Positions 1 through 10,117 of a stretch of DNA of 64,000 bases are shown here, in pieces. The position numbers were made by a program, and so were the translations under genes. The stretch is from positions 607,027 to 671,026 of the forward strand of contig CAWFXL010000001.1 of assembly GCA_963819815.1 (NCBI GenBank), given 5' to 3'. Under the pieces are notes generated by a model that saw only the letters and a program-made list of their open reading frames with translations, was not told where the DNA came from and searched no databases. The number at the start of each line of letters is the position of its first letter. Positions within the stretch are counted from its first letter, which is position 1. Source of the stretch: an uncultured bacterium. Its GTDB lineage: Bacteria; Babelota; Babeliae; Babelales; Babelaceae.

Positions 1-406
1 TATTAAGAACCAGCCAGGCCCAACCACTACCGAAGCGGCTTTTTGCCGCAGTATTAAACTGTTCTTTAAATGCTTCAAAGGAGGTAAACTGCTTCTTAAT
101 TGCGTCAACTACAGTTCCTTGAGGAGTACCACCACCCTTGACCATCCAATCCCAAAAGAGTGTATGATTATAGTTTCCACCACCATTGTTTCTCACAGCA
201 GTACGAATATCTTCAGGTATCTGCGTGAGGTTACCCAGTAACTCATCAAGTGTTTTACCCTGAAGTTCTGGATGACCAGTAAGCGCTGCATTGAGGTTAT
301 CAACATACCCCTGGTGATGCTTCGTGTAATGGATCTCCATAGTACGCGCATCAATATAGGGCTCTAGGGCATCATAGCTATATGGTAATGGGGGAAGCTT
401 AAACAT
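1..406 (-). CDS. Fe/Mn-family superoxide dismutase (3' end cut by window edge)
   Basis: Not in the ORF track because it runs off the window. Reverse-strand translation from ATG (406..404) reads [42 protein letters not shown]...[14 protein letters not shown]...FGSGWAWLV. These are canonical Fe/Mn-SOD N-terminal and metal-ligand motifs. Confidence 0.9.
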   Translation of the reverse strand, partial: MFKLPPLPYSYDALEPYIDARTMEIHYTKHHQGYVDNLNAALTGHPELQGKTLDELLGNLTQIPEDIRTAVRNNGGGNYNHTLFWDWMVKGGGTPQGTVVDAIKKQFTSFEAFKEQFNTAAKSRFGSGWAWLVLN

Positions 407-408
407 AC

Positions 409-696
409 TCATCCTTCAGGTAACAAATACACCGTTTCATTTTTGTAAGCCATTTGAAGCTCTTTTCGAGCTATGCTTTCTTTATAAAAAGGATTCTGCT
501 GACGCTCATCAAGTTCATATTGGAGTTGAGCTATTTCTTCATCAAGCATCTTTATGTCACTCAGAAGTTCCTTATTAAGAGCATCGGCCTGCCTCAATGC
601 GTGCAGACCACCCTTTCCAAACAAATAAAAAAAGACCACTAAAGCAATCTCAAAGCCGATAATAACACGTAATGCCGTTCTTTGTAATTCTTTCAT
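409..696 (-). CDS. ftsB: FtsB/DivIC-type septum formation initiator
   Basis: 95 aa. One N-terminal TM helix ([16 protein letters not shown]) is followed by a coiled coil ([25 protein letters not shown]) and an IARKELQM tail, which is the typical FtsB/DivIC layout. Confidence 0.6.
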   Translation of the reverse strand: MKELQRTALRVIIGFEIALVVFFYLFGKGGLHALRQADALNKELLSDIKMLDEEIAQLQYELDERQQNPFYKESIARKELQMAYKNETVYLLPEG

Positions 697-974
697 AGGG
701 TACTATTCTTTGGACGTCTCGCCACGTTTATGTTCACAAGGATAATTTCTCTGAATCTAGCGTAAAAGCATGATCTTGACAAGCGAAAATTAGTAAGCAT
801 CAACCCCATAAGTGATTCAAATGGGGCAAGAAAGTAAGGTGGGCACACTTCATCTAAGATCGTGAACTGGAATGCAAAGCGGATCAAGCGTTACACTACT
901 TGGTTGTTTGCTTATTGCCAGATTCATCAAAAACCCTATTGGATCCTAAGCAAGAGATATCATACAGCTTCTAT

Positions 975-2447
975 CTAGTCACTATTTTTAAACAGGTCAT
1001 CAAGGGTACAGATTCCCGATATAAGTTCTTGTGAGTACATCGTTTTTTTAAGGCCGCTAGCAGAAATCATACTGATTAAAAATGTTTTTTGGGTCTTTGT
1101 TTGCTTTTCAAAGACTTTGAGTTTATTAGCCAAATTTGTTGCACATGATTTATCGATGGTAAAAGGTGTTATGGTATATTTAATTTCGCACACGGTAATC
1201 ACACCATCATCTCGGTCAAACAAAAGATCTATTTGAGCTCCTTGCTCAAGAGAGCCTTTTGGCGGAACATAACGCCAGGTATAGGGAATTGCAGCATCAC
1301 TTATCTGCAAAGCTTTTCTTATTTGTGAGACATGTCTATGACATAATGACTCAAAAGCGTAGCCAGCCCAACTATGCCATGCAGGAGAATGTTGCACCTT
1401 TTCCCAATGTCCCTTGCTCATCCCTTTCTCCTGCAAAGTTCCTTTGATTGGCTCAATCCATTGAAAATAAAATAAACTATATTCGTCAACCATCTTATAA
1501 TAGTAGCTCTTCTTGGCGGAGAATGGTGTGAACCGCTCAATAAATCCCGCCTTCTGTAAGTCTTGAAGACGTTGCACTAACGTGCCTCCACTTGAAGCGT
1601 GAAGAGCCTTTCTTGTCAACTCTTCTTGGCTAATTCCATAGCGGCAACCTGCGATAATTCTTGCTAACTCGATATGGTCTTCACCACTATCAAAAAGCGT
1701 GGCATATAAGTTTTCAAATTCCTCAAGCAAGAAGCTGTGTTTTCTAAAGGCAAGATCAGCTATAACCTGTACCGCAGATAATCCTGGCCTGATCTGTGAA
1801 AGGTAAAAAGGAATACCTCCCAAGATCATATAGAGATCAGCTATATGCTTATTGCTTAGAGTAACCTTCTTGTACTGCAAGTACTTTTTTGTCTCGTTGA
1901 GGGTAAATGGTTCAAGACAAATCCTCCGGGTAACACGATTATATAAAGCTCCACGATTGTTAACGATCTGCTTGAGTATCCAACCTGCTGAAGAACCGCA
2001 AATGATGAGCTTAACCCGAGAATCGTTGCTCGCGTGCTGATTCCAGAAATATTCAAATGCGGTCAGAAGTTCTGATTTTCTTGTCGCCATCCAAGGAAAC
2101 TCATCAAAGAATAGAACTATCTTCTTTTTCTGCGAGGCCTTTATTTCTCCCGCAAGTAGGTCAAGAGTATCATACCAGTTTTCTGGCGGCTCAAGCCGTG
2201 CGCCAGGTCGATAAAAACACTCGCCAATTTGGTTCACAAAATTCTTAATCTGCTGGGCAACCTTTCCTTCCTTCATTCCTGTTATCGTAAAAAATATTGT
2301 ATTTTTCCTGTCGAGAAACGTATTTCGAACCAGATACGTCTTGCCGACTCTGCGCCGACCAAACAGTGCAATAAGCTCTGAACTATCTGATAAAAAAGCA
2401 TCTTCAAGAATTCGCTTTTCCTCATACCTACCAATTATTGGTTTCAT
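975..2447 (-). CDS. AAA+ ATPase of the archaeal-type ATPase/DUF234 family
   Basis: 490 aa. Walker A is FGRRRVGKTYLV and Walker B-like is IVLFFDEFPW. The long C-terminal region is typical of ATPase+DUF234 proteins. It is a stand-alone gene. Confidence 0.75.
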   Translation of the reverse strand: MKPIIGRYEEKRILEDAFLSDSSELIALFGRRRVGKTYLVRNTFLDRKNTIFFTITGMKEGKVAQQIKNFVNQIGECFYRPGARLEPPENWYDTLDLLAGEIKASQKKKIVLFFDEFPWMATRKSELLTAFEYFWNQHASNDSRVKLIICGSSAGWILKQIVNNRGALYNRVTRRICLEPFTLNETKKYLQYKKVTLSNKHIADLYMILGGIPFYLSQIRPGLSAVQVIADLAFRKHSFLLEEFENLYATLFDSGEDHIELARIIAGCRYGISQEELTRKALHASSGGTLVQRLQDLQKAGFIERFTPFSAKKSYYYKMVDEYSLFYFQWIEPIKGTLQEKGMSKGHWEKVQHSPAWHSWAGYAFESLCHRHVSQIRKALQISDAAIPYTWRYVPPKGSLEQGAQIDLLFDRDDGVITVCEIKYTITPFTIDKSCATNLANKLKVFEKQTKTQKTFLISMISASGLKKTMYSQELISGICTLDDLFKNSD

Positions 2448-2497
2448 ACTTTACCCATTCACCAAAAGAGAGCCTTACCAATTTCACCAGAGATATG

Positions 2498-2617
2498 TAG
2501 CGGAAAAATAAGAAAACTATGAAAATTCCGCTGGGAATAAAATAACATATCCAGCGGAAAAAACCAATTTTTGCAAAAAAACCGCTGGCTATATATCAAC
2601 ATTCCCAGCGGAATTTT
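2498..2617. promoter_or_regulatory. Array of five CCGCTGG/CCAGCGG-core sites upstream of the DUF234-type ATPase gene
   Basis: aaaattccgctgggaat (2522..2538) is the exact reverse complement of attcccagcggaatttt (2601..2617). An inner pair ccagcgg (2551..2557) / ccgctgg (2582..2588) and an agcggaaaaa half-site (2499..2508, repeated at 2553..2562) complete the set. Each full site is itself palindromic (ATTCC-GCTG-GGAAT). Confidence 0.4.
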
Positions 2618-2799
2618 ATGCAAATCAAGCACCATCAAAAACTTCCAAACTTAGCACCTAGAGGGATAATGCAGGACCTTTCGAAGGCGCTCCCATTCAT
2701 CAGATAGCAACGTAAAATGCCCTAAAAAGAAGCAAAGAATGAACAAAAAACAAAGCTCTCTTATCTACGCAAACTGACTAGTGCTACTCACACCAACAC

Positions 2800-3771
2800 T
2801 CACGCCTCAAGTTCATGAGGATCAGGATATTTCACACCGCGCGCAATTCCCATAGGAAAAAGCTGATTAAGTCGTCTTAAGTCCTCAGCAGATAGAGTGA
2901 CGTTTGCAGCATTCACGTTCTCTTCTAAATAAGATATGCGTTTGGTACCTGGAATCGGTACGATGTCATTTCCTTGGGCTAATATCCATGCTAATGCTAA
3001 TTGAGCAGGCATCAATTGCTTTTCTGCAGCAATTTCTTTTAATGTTACCAGCAGTTTTTTATTTGCCTCAAAATCTTCACCAAGAAAGCGAGGAAGCCCT
3101 CGCCGGAAATCACCCTCAGGTAAAGTTTCAGTGCGGTCGATAGTCCCCGTCAAAAACCCTCGCCCGAGTGGGCTGTAAGCAACAAAGCCAATACCCAATT
3201 CTCTGCAGGTGGGAATAATCTCCTTTTCTGGATCACGTTGCCACAGTGAATACTCTGTTTGTACTGCGGCTATAGGGTGGATTTTTGCTGCGCGTCGTAT
3301 GGTTTCAGGCTTCACTTCAGAGATACCGATATGACCAATTTTACCCTCCTTAACAAGATCGGCCAGCGCTCCTATAGATTCTTCAATGGGAGTTTTCGGA
3401 TCGACACGATGTAAATAATAGAGGTCTATAAAATCAACACCAAGTCTTTGTAAACTTTGGTCACACGCCTGTTTAATATAGGCAGGCGACCCATCAAGGA
3501 CAACATCATTAACCAGTCTAAAACCCATCTTTGTTGCTAAAATAACGTTATCACGCTTGCCTTTAATCGCTTTACCTATAAGCGTTTCATTGTGTCCCAA
3601 CCCATACATATCAGCAGTATCGATGAATGTCACACCCAATTCAATAGCTCTTTGTAACGTAGCAAGTGATTGTGCATCATCACGTGTCCCATACCCCATA
3701 GACATGCCCATGCACCCAAGTCCAAGCTCAGGCACCACTAATCCGTTAAGTCCTAATTTTCGCAGTTTCAT
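2800..3771 (-). CDS. Aldo/keto reductase (Tas/YajO-like)
   Basis: 323 aa with the AKR motifs [28 protein letters not shown] and IPGTKR..YLEEN. Confidence 0.9.
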   Translation of the reverse strand: MKLRKLGLNGLVVPELGLGCMGMSMGYGTRDDAQSLATLQRAIELGVTFIDTADMYGLGHNETLIGKAIKGKRDNVILATKMGFRLVNDVVLDGSPAYIKQACDQSLQRLGVDFIDLYYLHRVDPKTPIEESIGALADLVKEGKIGHIGISEVKPETIRRAAKIHPIAAVQTEYSLWQRDPEKEIIPTCRELGIGFVAYSPLGRGFLTGTIDRTETLPEGDFRRGLPRFLGEDFEANKKLLVTLKEIAAEKQLMPAQLALAWILAQGNDIVPIPGTKRISYLEENVNAANVTLSAEDLRRLNQLFPMGIARGVKYPDPHELEA

Positions 3772-4216
3772 CTCAACATCTCCTCATCAACAAAATAATT
3801 TTTTCGTTGGAATACCCTATCATATCGAGCAGGAAAATCCAATTTCCCCAAAAATGGCGCGGGCTCTGGTTTGATTTAACAGTATATAAACCCATCTCCC
3901 GGTAAGAAATTATTTCCAACTTCACATGGTATGCTCATTTCCTTACGCCCATATTGCAAGCCCTTATGGGGATGAAAAAAAGTGCCACCTTAGATTCCGG
4001 AGTACGTATATGTCTGATTTAGAATGGATGAATGTGGTTTCAAGCAATCAAGGCAAAGGATCTGGTACGCGCGTGATTGGTCTATTATGGGTGCACAGGG
4101 TAACCAACAAATGTTGTTATCGTGCTCTCGAGATTGCAAGCAAATGAACTGAGGTATGATGATAATCGGTTTAGCAGGGTATGGAGACAATCATGCCTCC
4201 ATACCCTACTAAAACC

Positions 4217-4732
4217 TTATTTGCAGATTAAGCGGTACACAGTGAAATTATTTATTGGCACTGCTGGAAGAGCAGTACTAGGTAGTTGTGCTTTTGGATC
4301 AGCAAACTCGGTTGCTGAAAAATTAGTGATTTGTGCGGTATTACACGCATCGTCAGTAAAGCAGATAGTTCCAACGTAACGAATAAACTGTACATGGGAT
4401 TCAATATTCAAATCTGCGATAAGACTTTCAGCAGCGCAAAAGGAAAAGCAGTTGTCACCAAGGCATTTCCATGTTCCTAATATTTCATGTTGAGTAGACG
4501 GATGATCTGCATCTGAACCAGGTCCCTCAGCAAATTGAATGATCATCGTTTTATCCTTATTGAATTGAAACGTAAATGGTCGAAACTCATGAAAATTCGA
4601 TGCCATTGTTATGCCAACAAAAATGCCCTCGATGCATTTTGCGCCTTGAGGACGTTCATCACAACGTGCAATGGCCGGTAAAGTTACTAAGAGAAGTCCT
4701 ATGGTTGCTACTTTAGAAAATGTATTCATCAT
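4217..4732 (-). CDS. Secreted hypothetical protein
   Basis: 171 aa. It has an N-terminal signal-like segment (VATIGLLLVTLPAIARC) and several Cys. No recognisable family. Confidence 0.5.
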   Translation of the reverse strand: MMNTFSKVATIGLLLVTLPAIARCDERPQGAKCIEGIFVGITMASNFHEFRPFTFQFNKDKTMIIQFAEGPGSDADHPSTQHEILGTWKCLGDNCFSFCAAESLIADLNIESHVQFIRYVGTICFTDDACNTAQITNFSATEFADPKAQLPSTALPAVPINNFTVYRLICK

Positions 4733-5038
4733 TTTAATTCCTTTTTTTGCGATATATCAATGAGATTCGCGGTTACTTAATATAGTTTAGTAATGCACCC
4801 CACTATTCTGTGGGTAGAAGTAAAAAAGTGTATGAGCGCTCTTCCTCCCTCTAGTAACAAATTTGTATTGCAAGACATCATACAAAAAGTACTAAAAAGA
4901 GTTTTCACCAGTCAATAGATTGCTGGTATCTTTGAGCATAAGCTCAATGCATAGGCAAGCACTTCTCGTAATAGCGAGAATACCTGAGACATGTTGCATG
5001 CTTCATAGATACGAAAAAATGAGCTTTGAAGATAACCG

Positions 5039-6884
5039 TCACTCAACCGTGAGAGACTTTGCAAGATTCCGAGGCTTATCTATCGGACGCCCAAGGTGCT
5101 TTGCAATAGAATAGGCAAAGAACTGCATGAGCCCCGTCATAGCAAGCGGACCAAGAAGAGGATCAACCTGAGGCAATACAAAGGAGGTATCTGCAAGCTC
5201 AATAAGCTCTTTTTGACCTTCAAAGGCAAAGACCAGCAGATGCCCATTGCGAGCTTTTACCTCTTGAGCATTCGCGACAAGCTTTTGATAGAGAACTGGA
5301 TCAAGCACGGAGAAAACAAACACCGGCATATGCTCATCAACAAGCGCTAGTGGTCCGTGCTTAAGCTCAGCTGCTGGATAACAGTCTGTAAATATGTATG
5401 ATATTTCCTTAAGCTTTAACGATGCTTCCCGTGCAAAAGGATAGGTAATATGACGTCCAAGGAACAAAGCATTTTTATATAAAGCATACTGTGGTGCTAA
5501 CTTCTCTACGATCACCTTTTTATAGGTATCGATCGCATTTTCAAGAATCTCTGCAACTACCAGAAGCTCATCTTCTGAAGCCTCAAGAGTTCGCTTATCG
5601 ATACAACCTCGTTCATAGGCCATCTTGTGAGCAAGCCAATAGAGCGCCGCTACTTGTGCTGAAAAGGCTTTTGTTGAAGCTACAGCAACTTCTGGACCTG
5701 CATATAACGGAAGATAGCCATCAGTCTCACGTACCATAGTGCTTGATGGGACATTTACCAAAGCCACCGTATGCATCTTCTGACTTTTTAGAAACCTGAG
5801 CGCTTCTAACGTATCAGCAGTCTCACCTGACTGACTTATCCCGATGCCAATACTTCGCATCTCCGGGAAGAATTCCTGATAGCGCATCTCAGACGCAAGA
5901 CCAACTTCAATTTTTATGTGCGCAAGAGACTCAAAAAAGTACTGCCCAACTAAAGCAGCGTGCCACGAGGTACCACATCCTACAAAGGTAATACTTTTAA
6001 GATCTTTTATCTGCTGAGAAGATACACCCATGCGCTGCCAAAGAGTATCTGCCAATGCACGATAGTTATGCACGGTATCTTGGATAACCTTCTTCTGATC
6101 GTAAATCTCTTTGAGCATAAAATGCTCAAAACCCTGCTTTAAATCTGATCCCATTGGTATATTCACCAACTCAAACTGCACCGGCATCTCGTTGCCCATA
6201 AAGTCAAACAGCTTAACCGAATCCTTCTTCACTAACGCAAAGCTCTCATCAGGTACAAAGAATATCTTCGTGGTCTTACCGGCAAATGCGAGAATGTCTG
6301 ACGCTATATACATCTCACCCTCGCCTCTACCTATACAGAGCGGCGAGCGTTTGCGTATAATAACCAAGGTATCGGGACAGTCACTGAGCATAAGAGCACA
6401 GGCATAGGCTCCTTCAAGCACATTGACGAGTTCAATGAGTGCATTTTTTAAGATCGTGTGGCGCGTAAGAAGAGATTCCAATAGATGAGCAATAACTTCG
6501 GTATCGGTCTGCGAGCGAAAGGTATGTCCCTTCTTTTAAAAGCTGTATCTTCAGCTCATGGTGATTCTCGATAATCCCATTATGGACGACCGAGATCTTT
6601 TTTTCACAATCAAAATGAGGGTGTGCATTTTCAGTGGAGCTCACTCCATGAGTAGACCAACGGGTATGCCCAAGGCCAATAAAGCCATCAATAGGTACGA
6701 GATCAAACGTCTTTAATAAGTTTGATACGCCCCCTTGGGATTTGGTGTACATAATCTGATGGGTATCAGGATGTAAACAAGCAAACCCCGCAGAATCATA
6801 CCCACGATACTCAAGATGCGTAAGACCTTCCATAACGAAGGATCGGCTGTAGCTTTTGCCTACATACCCTACAACACTGCACAT
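5039..6884 (-). pseudogene. glmS: glmS (glutamine--fructose-6-phosphate aminotransferase) interrupted by one +1 frameshift near 6527..6530
   Basis: The N-terminal ORF (6432..6884) starts MCSVVGYVG and carries the Ntn Cys2. The C-terminal ORF (5039..6481) carries the two SIS domains and ends ...LAKSLTVE. Joined, the protein reads LLKEG|HTFRSQTDTEVIAHLLE if one C of the CCC run at 6528..6530 (plus strand) is removed. Confidence 0.85.
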
Positions 6885-6898
6885 AGATATATCTGGTA

Positions 6899-7342
6899 TT
6901 AACGTTTGGTAAATTGGAAACGAGCACGCGCTGCACGTTGCCCATATTTTTTACGCTCTTTAACACGAGAATCGACCGTTAAAAGGCCTGCATCACGCAA
7001 TATTGAACGTATATCTGGGTTAATTTCTAAGAGTGCTCGAGCGATACCGAGTTTCACCGCGTCCGCTTGGGCAACAACGCCACCCCCACAAACATTCACG
7101 TCTATGTCATACTTTGAAGTATGAGGATAGACCTCAAATGGAGTTCGTGCTCTAAATTGAGCTATTTCTGTATCAAAGTAGCGATCATAAGGACGATCAT
7201 TCACGGTCATGGTCCCCGTTCCTCGACGTAACCATACTCGTGCTACAGATTTCTTACGACGACCTACACCATGACCTAAAGGTGCAGAACCTTTAGGAGC
7301 TTTAGGTGCTTCTTTTTTCGCAGTTTCTTTTTTTAGTGCCAT
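6899..7342 (-). CDS. rpsI: 30S ribosomal protein S9
   Basis: 147 aa. The C-terminus GGGVVAQADAVKLGIARAL...RVKERKKYGQRAARARFQFTKR is the S9 signature. The N-terminus has a Lys/Ala-rich extension. Confidence 0.95.
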   Translation of the reverse strand: MALKKETAKKEAPKAPKGSAPLGHGVGRRKKSVARVWLRRGTGTMTVNDRPYDRYFDTEIAQFRARTPFEVYPHTSKYDIDVNVCGGGVVAQADAVKLGIARALLEINPDIRSILRDAGLLTVDSRVKERKKYGQRAARARFQFTKR

Positions 7343-7361
7343 TCTTAAACCTTTTACCTTT

Positions 7362-7438
<77 letters not shown>

Positions 7439-7540
7439 GTATGCACGCTCTTCACTAAGCTTGAGTATAGCAGATAAAGATAAAAACTCCACTCCAAAAT
7501 ACAACTCTTTTTAGGCTCACCATGCTCCTGGGCAGGTCAG

Positions 7541-8389
7541 CTATTCCTTATGTGCATGTAGAGAAGGACCCTCTTCATAGGCCTCCTGACATTTAAGGCA
7601 TCGAGTTGCATAGGGAAACATTTCTAAACGACGTTCAGATACTGGAATATTGCATTCTGAGCAGTTGCCATACTCGCCGTTATCGATCATAGCTAAGGCA
7701 CGAAGTACCATCTGGTACTCATCAAGCTCATTATCATGCAATGAGATTTTGATACCTTCTAACGATGACGTTAAGGCCTGGTCTGCCGTATCTTGCACCT
7801 GATCATCGGTCACTTTTTCTTTATAGACCAAGGGTAAAGCTTCCTCCAATTCAAGCTTTCGTTTATGGAGCTTCGCTTTTATCGATTCTAAGTTCTTCAC
7901 TCTGTATCCTTTTTTTTTGAAAAAATCCTCAATAAGCTTTTGTGATTCATCACTCAGCACACCAGAAGTAATACCCTTTAGGTGCTTCTGGTAGACCTCA
8001 GGAAAAGCTTCTTTCTCTACCTGGTAACCAAAGAGCGGTGATTGAGCACCATACACCACACGTGAAACTCTACTCAAACAGACCAAGCTCATGCACATAA
8101 GACAGGGCTCCACCGTTACATACAGCGTACAGTCGGTTAGTCGCCAATCTTTGCCTTCTATCCCCGCCTGTTCAATAGCTCGTACTTCAGCATGGTAGCT
8201 TTGACTATAGCCATGCTCTGTATGATTAAAACCAGAGCCTATCACAACTCCTTCGGCGCTTACAATAATAGCTCCTATAGGAACTTCGTCAGCTTCGAAG
8301 GCAAGAATCGCCTGCTCTAGAGCCTTATGCATATATGTTTGATCGTACGCCCTTGTGCCTCCTATGATTCGGTTAACCATACTTTGCAA
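7541..8389 (-). CDS. tadA: Fusion of tRNA adenosine deaminase TadA (N-terminal) with a DksA/TraR-type C4 zinc-finger domain (C-terminal)
   Basis: Residues ~1-160 carry the CDA motifs HAEVRAIEQA and PCLMCMSLV. Residues ~165-282 form a coiled coil plus CSEC-x17-CLKC (CSECNIPVSERRLEMFPYATRCLKC), the DksA/TraR finger. It is a single uninterrupted ORF. Confidence 0.8.
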   Translation of the reverse strand: MQSMVNRIIGGTRAYDQTYMHKALEQAILAFEADEVPIGAIIVSAEGVVIGSGFNHTEHGYSQSYHAEVRAIEQAGIEGKDWRLTDCTLYVTVEPCLMCMSLVCLSRVSRVVYGAQSPLFGYQVEKEAFPEVYQKHLKGITSGVLSDESQKLIEDFFKKKGYRVKNLESIKAKLHKRKLELEEALPLVYKEKVTDDQVQDTADQALTSSLEGIKISLHDNELDEYQMVLRALAMIDNGEYGNCSECNIPVSERRLEMFPYATRCLKCQEAYEEGPSLHAHKE

Positions 8390-8784
8390 CTTTCACTCTC
8401 CGGATATAAATCAACAATCTTTTCAAGAAGCTGCACAATATCACCCTTGCGCAAAGTACGCAGCTGTGTTGACCAATCTTCCCTATCGGGAATCGATTCA
8501 GGGTGTTCAAGCCAAAATATCAATAATGCCGCAATATGCTTACAGGGGACAGATCTATTAACATAACAGGTACAGCATGAATTTGCTATGCCACGCTCAT
8601 CAAGTAAGACACGAACAGCATAGCTTGGACACTCCGTTCCTTCGCTTAAAGCTTTCAGCATGTTCCATTCCCGGTAAAAGACGAAAAATGGATCCGTTTT
8701 CAAAAACTCCTTACCAATGTTGTACATCCGCGATCCACAATAATCTCTAATCGACTGCTTCGTAAGCTTGGGTAGCGTAACCAT
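8362..8784 (-). CDS. SWIM-type zinc-finger protein
   Basis: 140 aa. CCTCYVNRSVPCKHIAALLIFW matches the SWIM CxC-x(n)-CxH pattern. Its 3' end overlaps the tadA-fusion start by 28 nt. Confidence 0.65.
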   Translation of the reverse strand: MVTLPKLTKQSIRDYCGSRMYNIGKEFLKTDPFFVFYREWNMLKALSEGTECPSYAVRVLLDERGIANSCCTCYVNRSVPCKHIAALLIFWLEHPESIPDREDWSTQLRTLRKGDIVQLLEKIVDLYPESESCKVWLTES

Positions 8785-9114
8785 TCCACTCCTTAAGAGT
8801 TTTACGTAAGAATCTTCATTCTCACGGCAGTGCCACTATCGGAGCATACCTTATGCCCTTCCAGCCCGCACTTTGAAATAACCAGCTTCCACTACAATTA
8901 CTCACCGCATAACGGATGTCTCTAGTGTAGAAAAAGTCATCAAGAAATGTAAATGGTTTTCGCAAATTCTATAGGAGTTCCGCGAAAATCACCAGTAGTA
9001 AGATGCGCTAAACTGTCGAAAGAGACCACTATTTACGCTAAATTTCTTTCATTCAGCGCCAAAGACAAGCTACAACCGTAGGTCTATTAATGAACAGGTC
9101 AACAGGATCAATGC

Positions 9115-9870
9115 ATGTCATACATGTATGGACAAAATTCATCGCCTTATTCGTATTTCAGTTTTATTGATTCGCATTTTAGGGTAAAATGTGAAGGATT
9201 GAGCATCAAGGTCTTTGACAAAGCAGAGCTAAATACCTTTATGTGCTTTATCAAAAAGATTACAGTTGGAGTACATCAGTTCATGAAACGTAGCAATAAA
9301 GTACGAGTAAAAAAACATACAAGCATCACTAGCGTACCTGAGCTTATTGTTCATGAGAACAAGACTAGAAAAATATCACTTCTGCTTTTGCCTCTACTTG
9401 CAGCTTTGGGTTTTGATGTTCTTTTTAAACTCTATAACTGGTCTTCCTCAATTTCTATAAAAACTCTCTTATTCATTGTATTGATAGTATTTGCGGTCTT
9501 TTCAATGGTCAGATTTTTCCAACTTCTTAAACTGTATATAAGCAAAGCCCCCGTACTGATTCTTAACAAGGACGGCCTATGGGTTAAGCAATGTGGTGTA
9601 ATCCCGTGGGATAACATACTAGTAGTAGAAGAATTCATCATTAATCCCTTTAGTATCGAAGGTGAAGATCTTGTCAGCCTTGGGATTCGCTTGCGAGACC
9701 CGGAAGTAGCCTTCAAAAAAACAATGTTGGGACGTGTGGCACTCAAGTTAGTGAGACGCCGTAATCCCAATTACCATATTCTGGTGCGACATCTTGATAT
9801 AAGTTACCAAGAGATTTCACAATTTGCTGAAAAATTTATTAGTAAGAATCAACAAATTTCGCCTGAATAA
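9115..9870 (+). CDS. Hypothetical membrane protein (two TM helices plus a cytoplasmic domain)
   Basis: TM segments are ISLLLLPLLAALGFDVLF and LLFIVLIVFAVFSMVRFF. The start is uncertain (internal Met at MKRSNK). No family recognised. Confidence 0.45.
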   Translation: MSYMYGQNSSPYSYFSFIDSHFRVKCEGLSIKVFDKAELNTFMCFIKKITVGVHQFMKRSNKVRVKKHTSITSVPELIVHENKTRKISLLLLPLLAALGFDVLFKLYNWSSSISIKTLLFIVLIVFAVFSMVRFFQLLKLYISKAPVLILNKDGLWVKQCGVIPWDNILVVEEFIINPFSIEGEDLVSLGIRLRDPEVAFKKTMLGRVALKLVRRRNPNYHILVRHLDISYQEISQFAEKFISKNQQISPE

Positions 9871-10065
9871 GCAATGAGATCTGGGAAAGTATATTCGAGA
9901 TCCACGAGCAATCACTTATTTAATTCCCTTGGTTTTCATCAATTCCCTAGAGGCTGTCTGAGAAGAACCTGATATCTCCACTATAAGATTGTATCTCCTG
10001 AGAAGGCGTTTATGTTGGAGGAATTTTATGAGAGCTGCTGGAGACAATGATGGTAACAAGGGAAA

Positions 10066-10091
10066 GGTGGAAGCACCACGGTGCTTCCACC
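10066..10091. terminator. Hairpin downstream of the Cys-rich peptide gene
   Basis: ggtggaagcacc / ggtgcttccacc are perfect complementary arms (about 10-bp stem after loop allowance). The hairpin lies 27 nt past the minus-strand stop at 10118, and a T-rich tract follows on the plus strand. Confidence 0.45.
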
Positions 10092-10117
10092 AATCGTGAA
10101 GTTCTTTTTTCTAAAAC

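Noticed and set aside
693-887. 64-aa minus-strand ORF upstream of ftsB.
   Set aside because: It has no RBS, no recognisable motifs and an unusual composition. It is probably just the ftsB upstream/promoter region.
3557-4379. Several 60-105-aa ORFs between the AKR gene and 4217..4732 (3557..3874, 3926..4147, 3990..4190, 4122..4379).
   Set aside because: They overlap each other or known CDSs and show no RBS or motif support. Only a 9-bp hairpin (~4178..4206) near the 4217 stop is notable.
6885-6898. Looked for a glmS ribozyme/riboswitch upstream of glmS.
   Set aside because: Only 14 nt separate the glmS start from the rpsI stop, so there is no room for the ribozyme.
8785-9114. 330-nt gene-free stretch inspected for SRP RNA, tmRNA or RNase P-like conserved boxes.
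   Set aside because: No conserved ncRNA motifs were seen and only a weak 7-bp inverted repeat is present. It is most simply the divergent promoter region.
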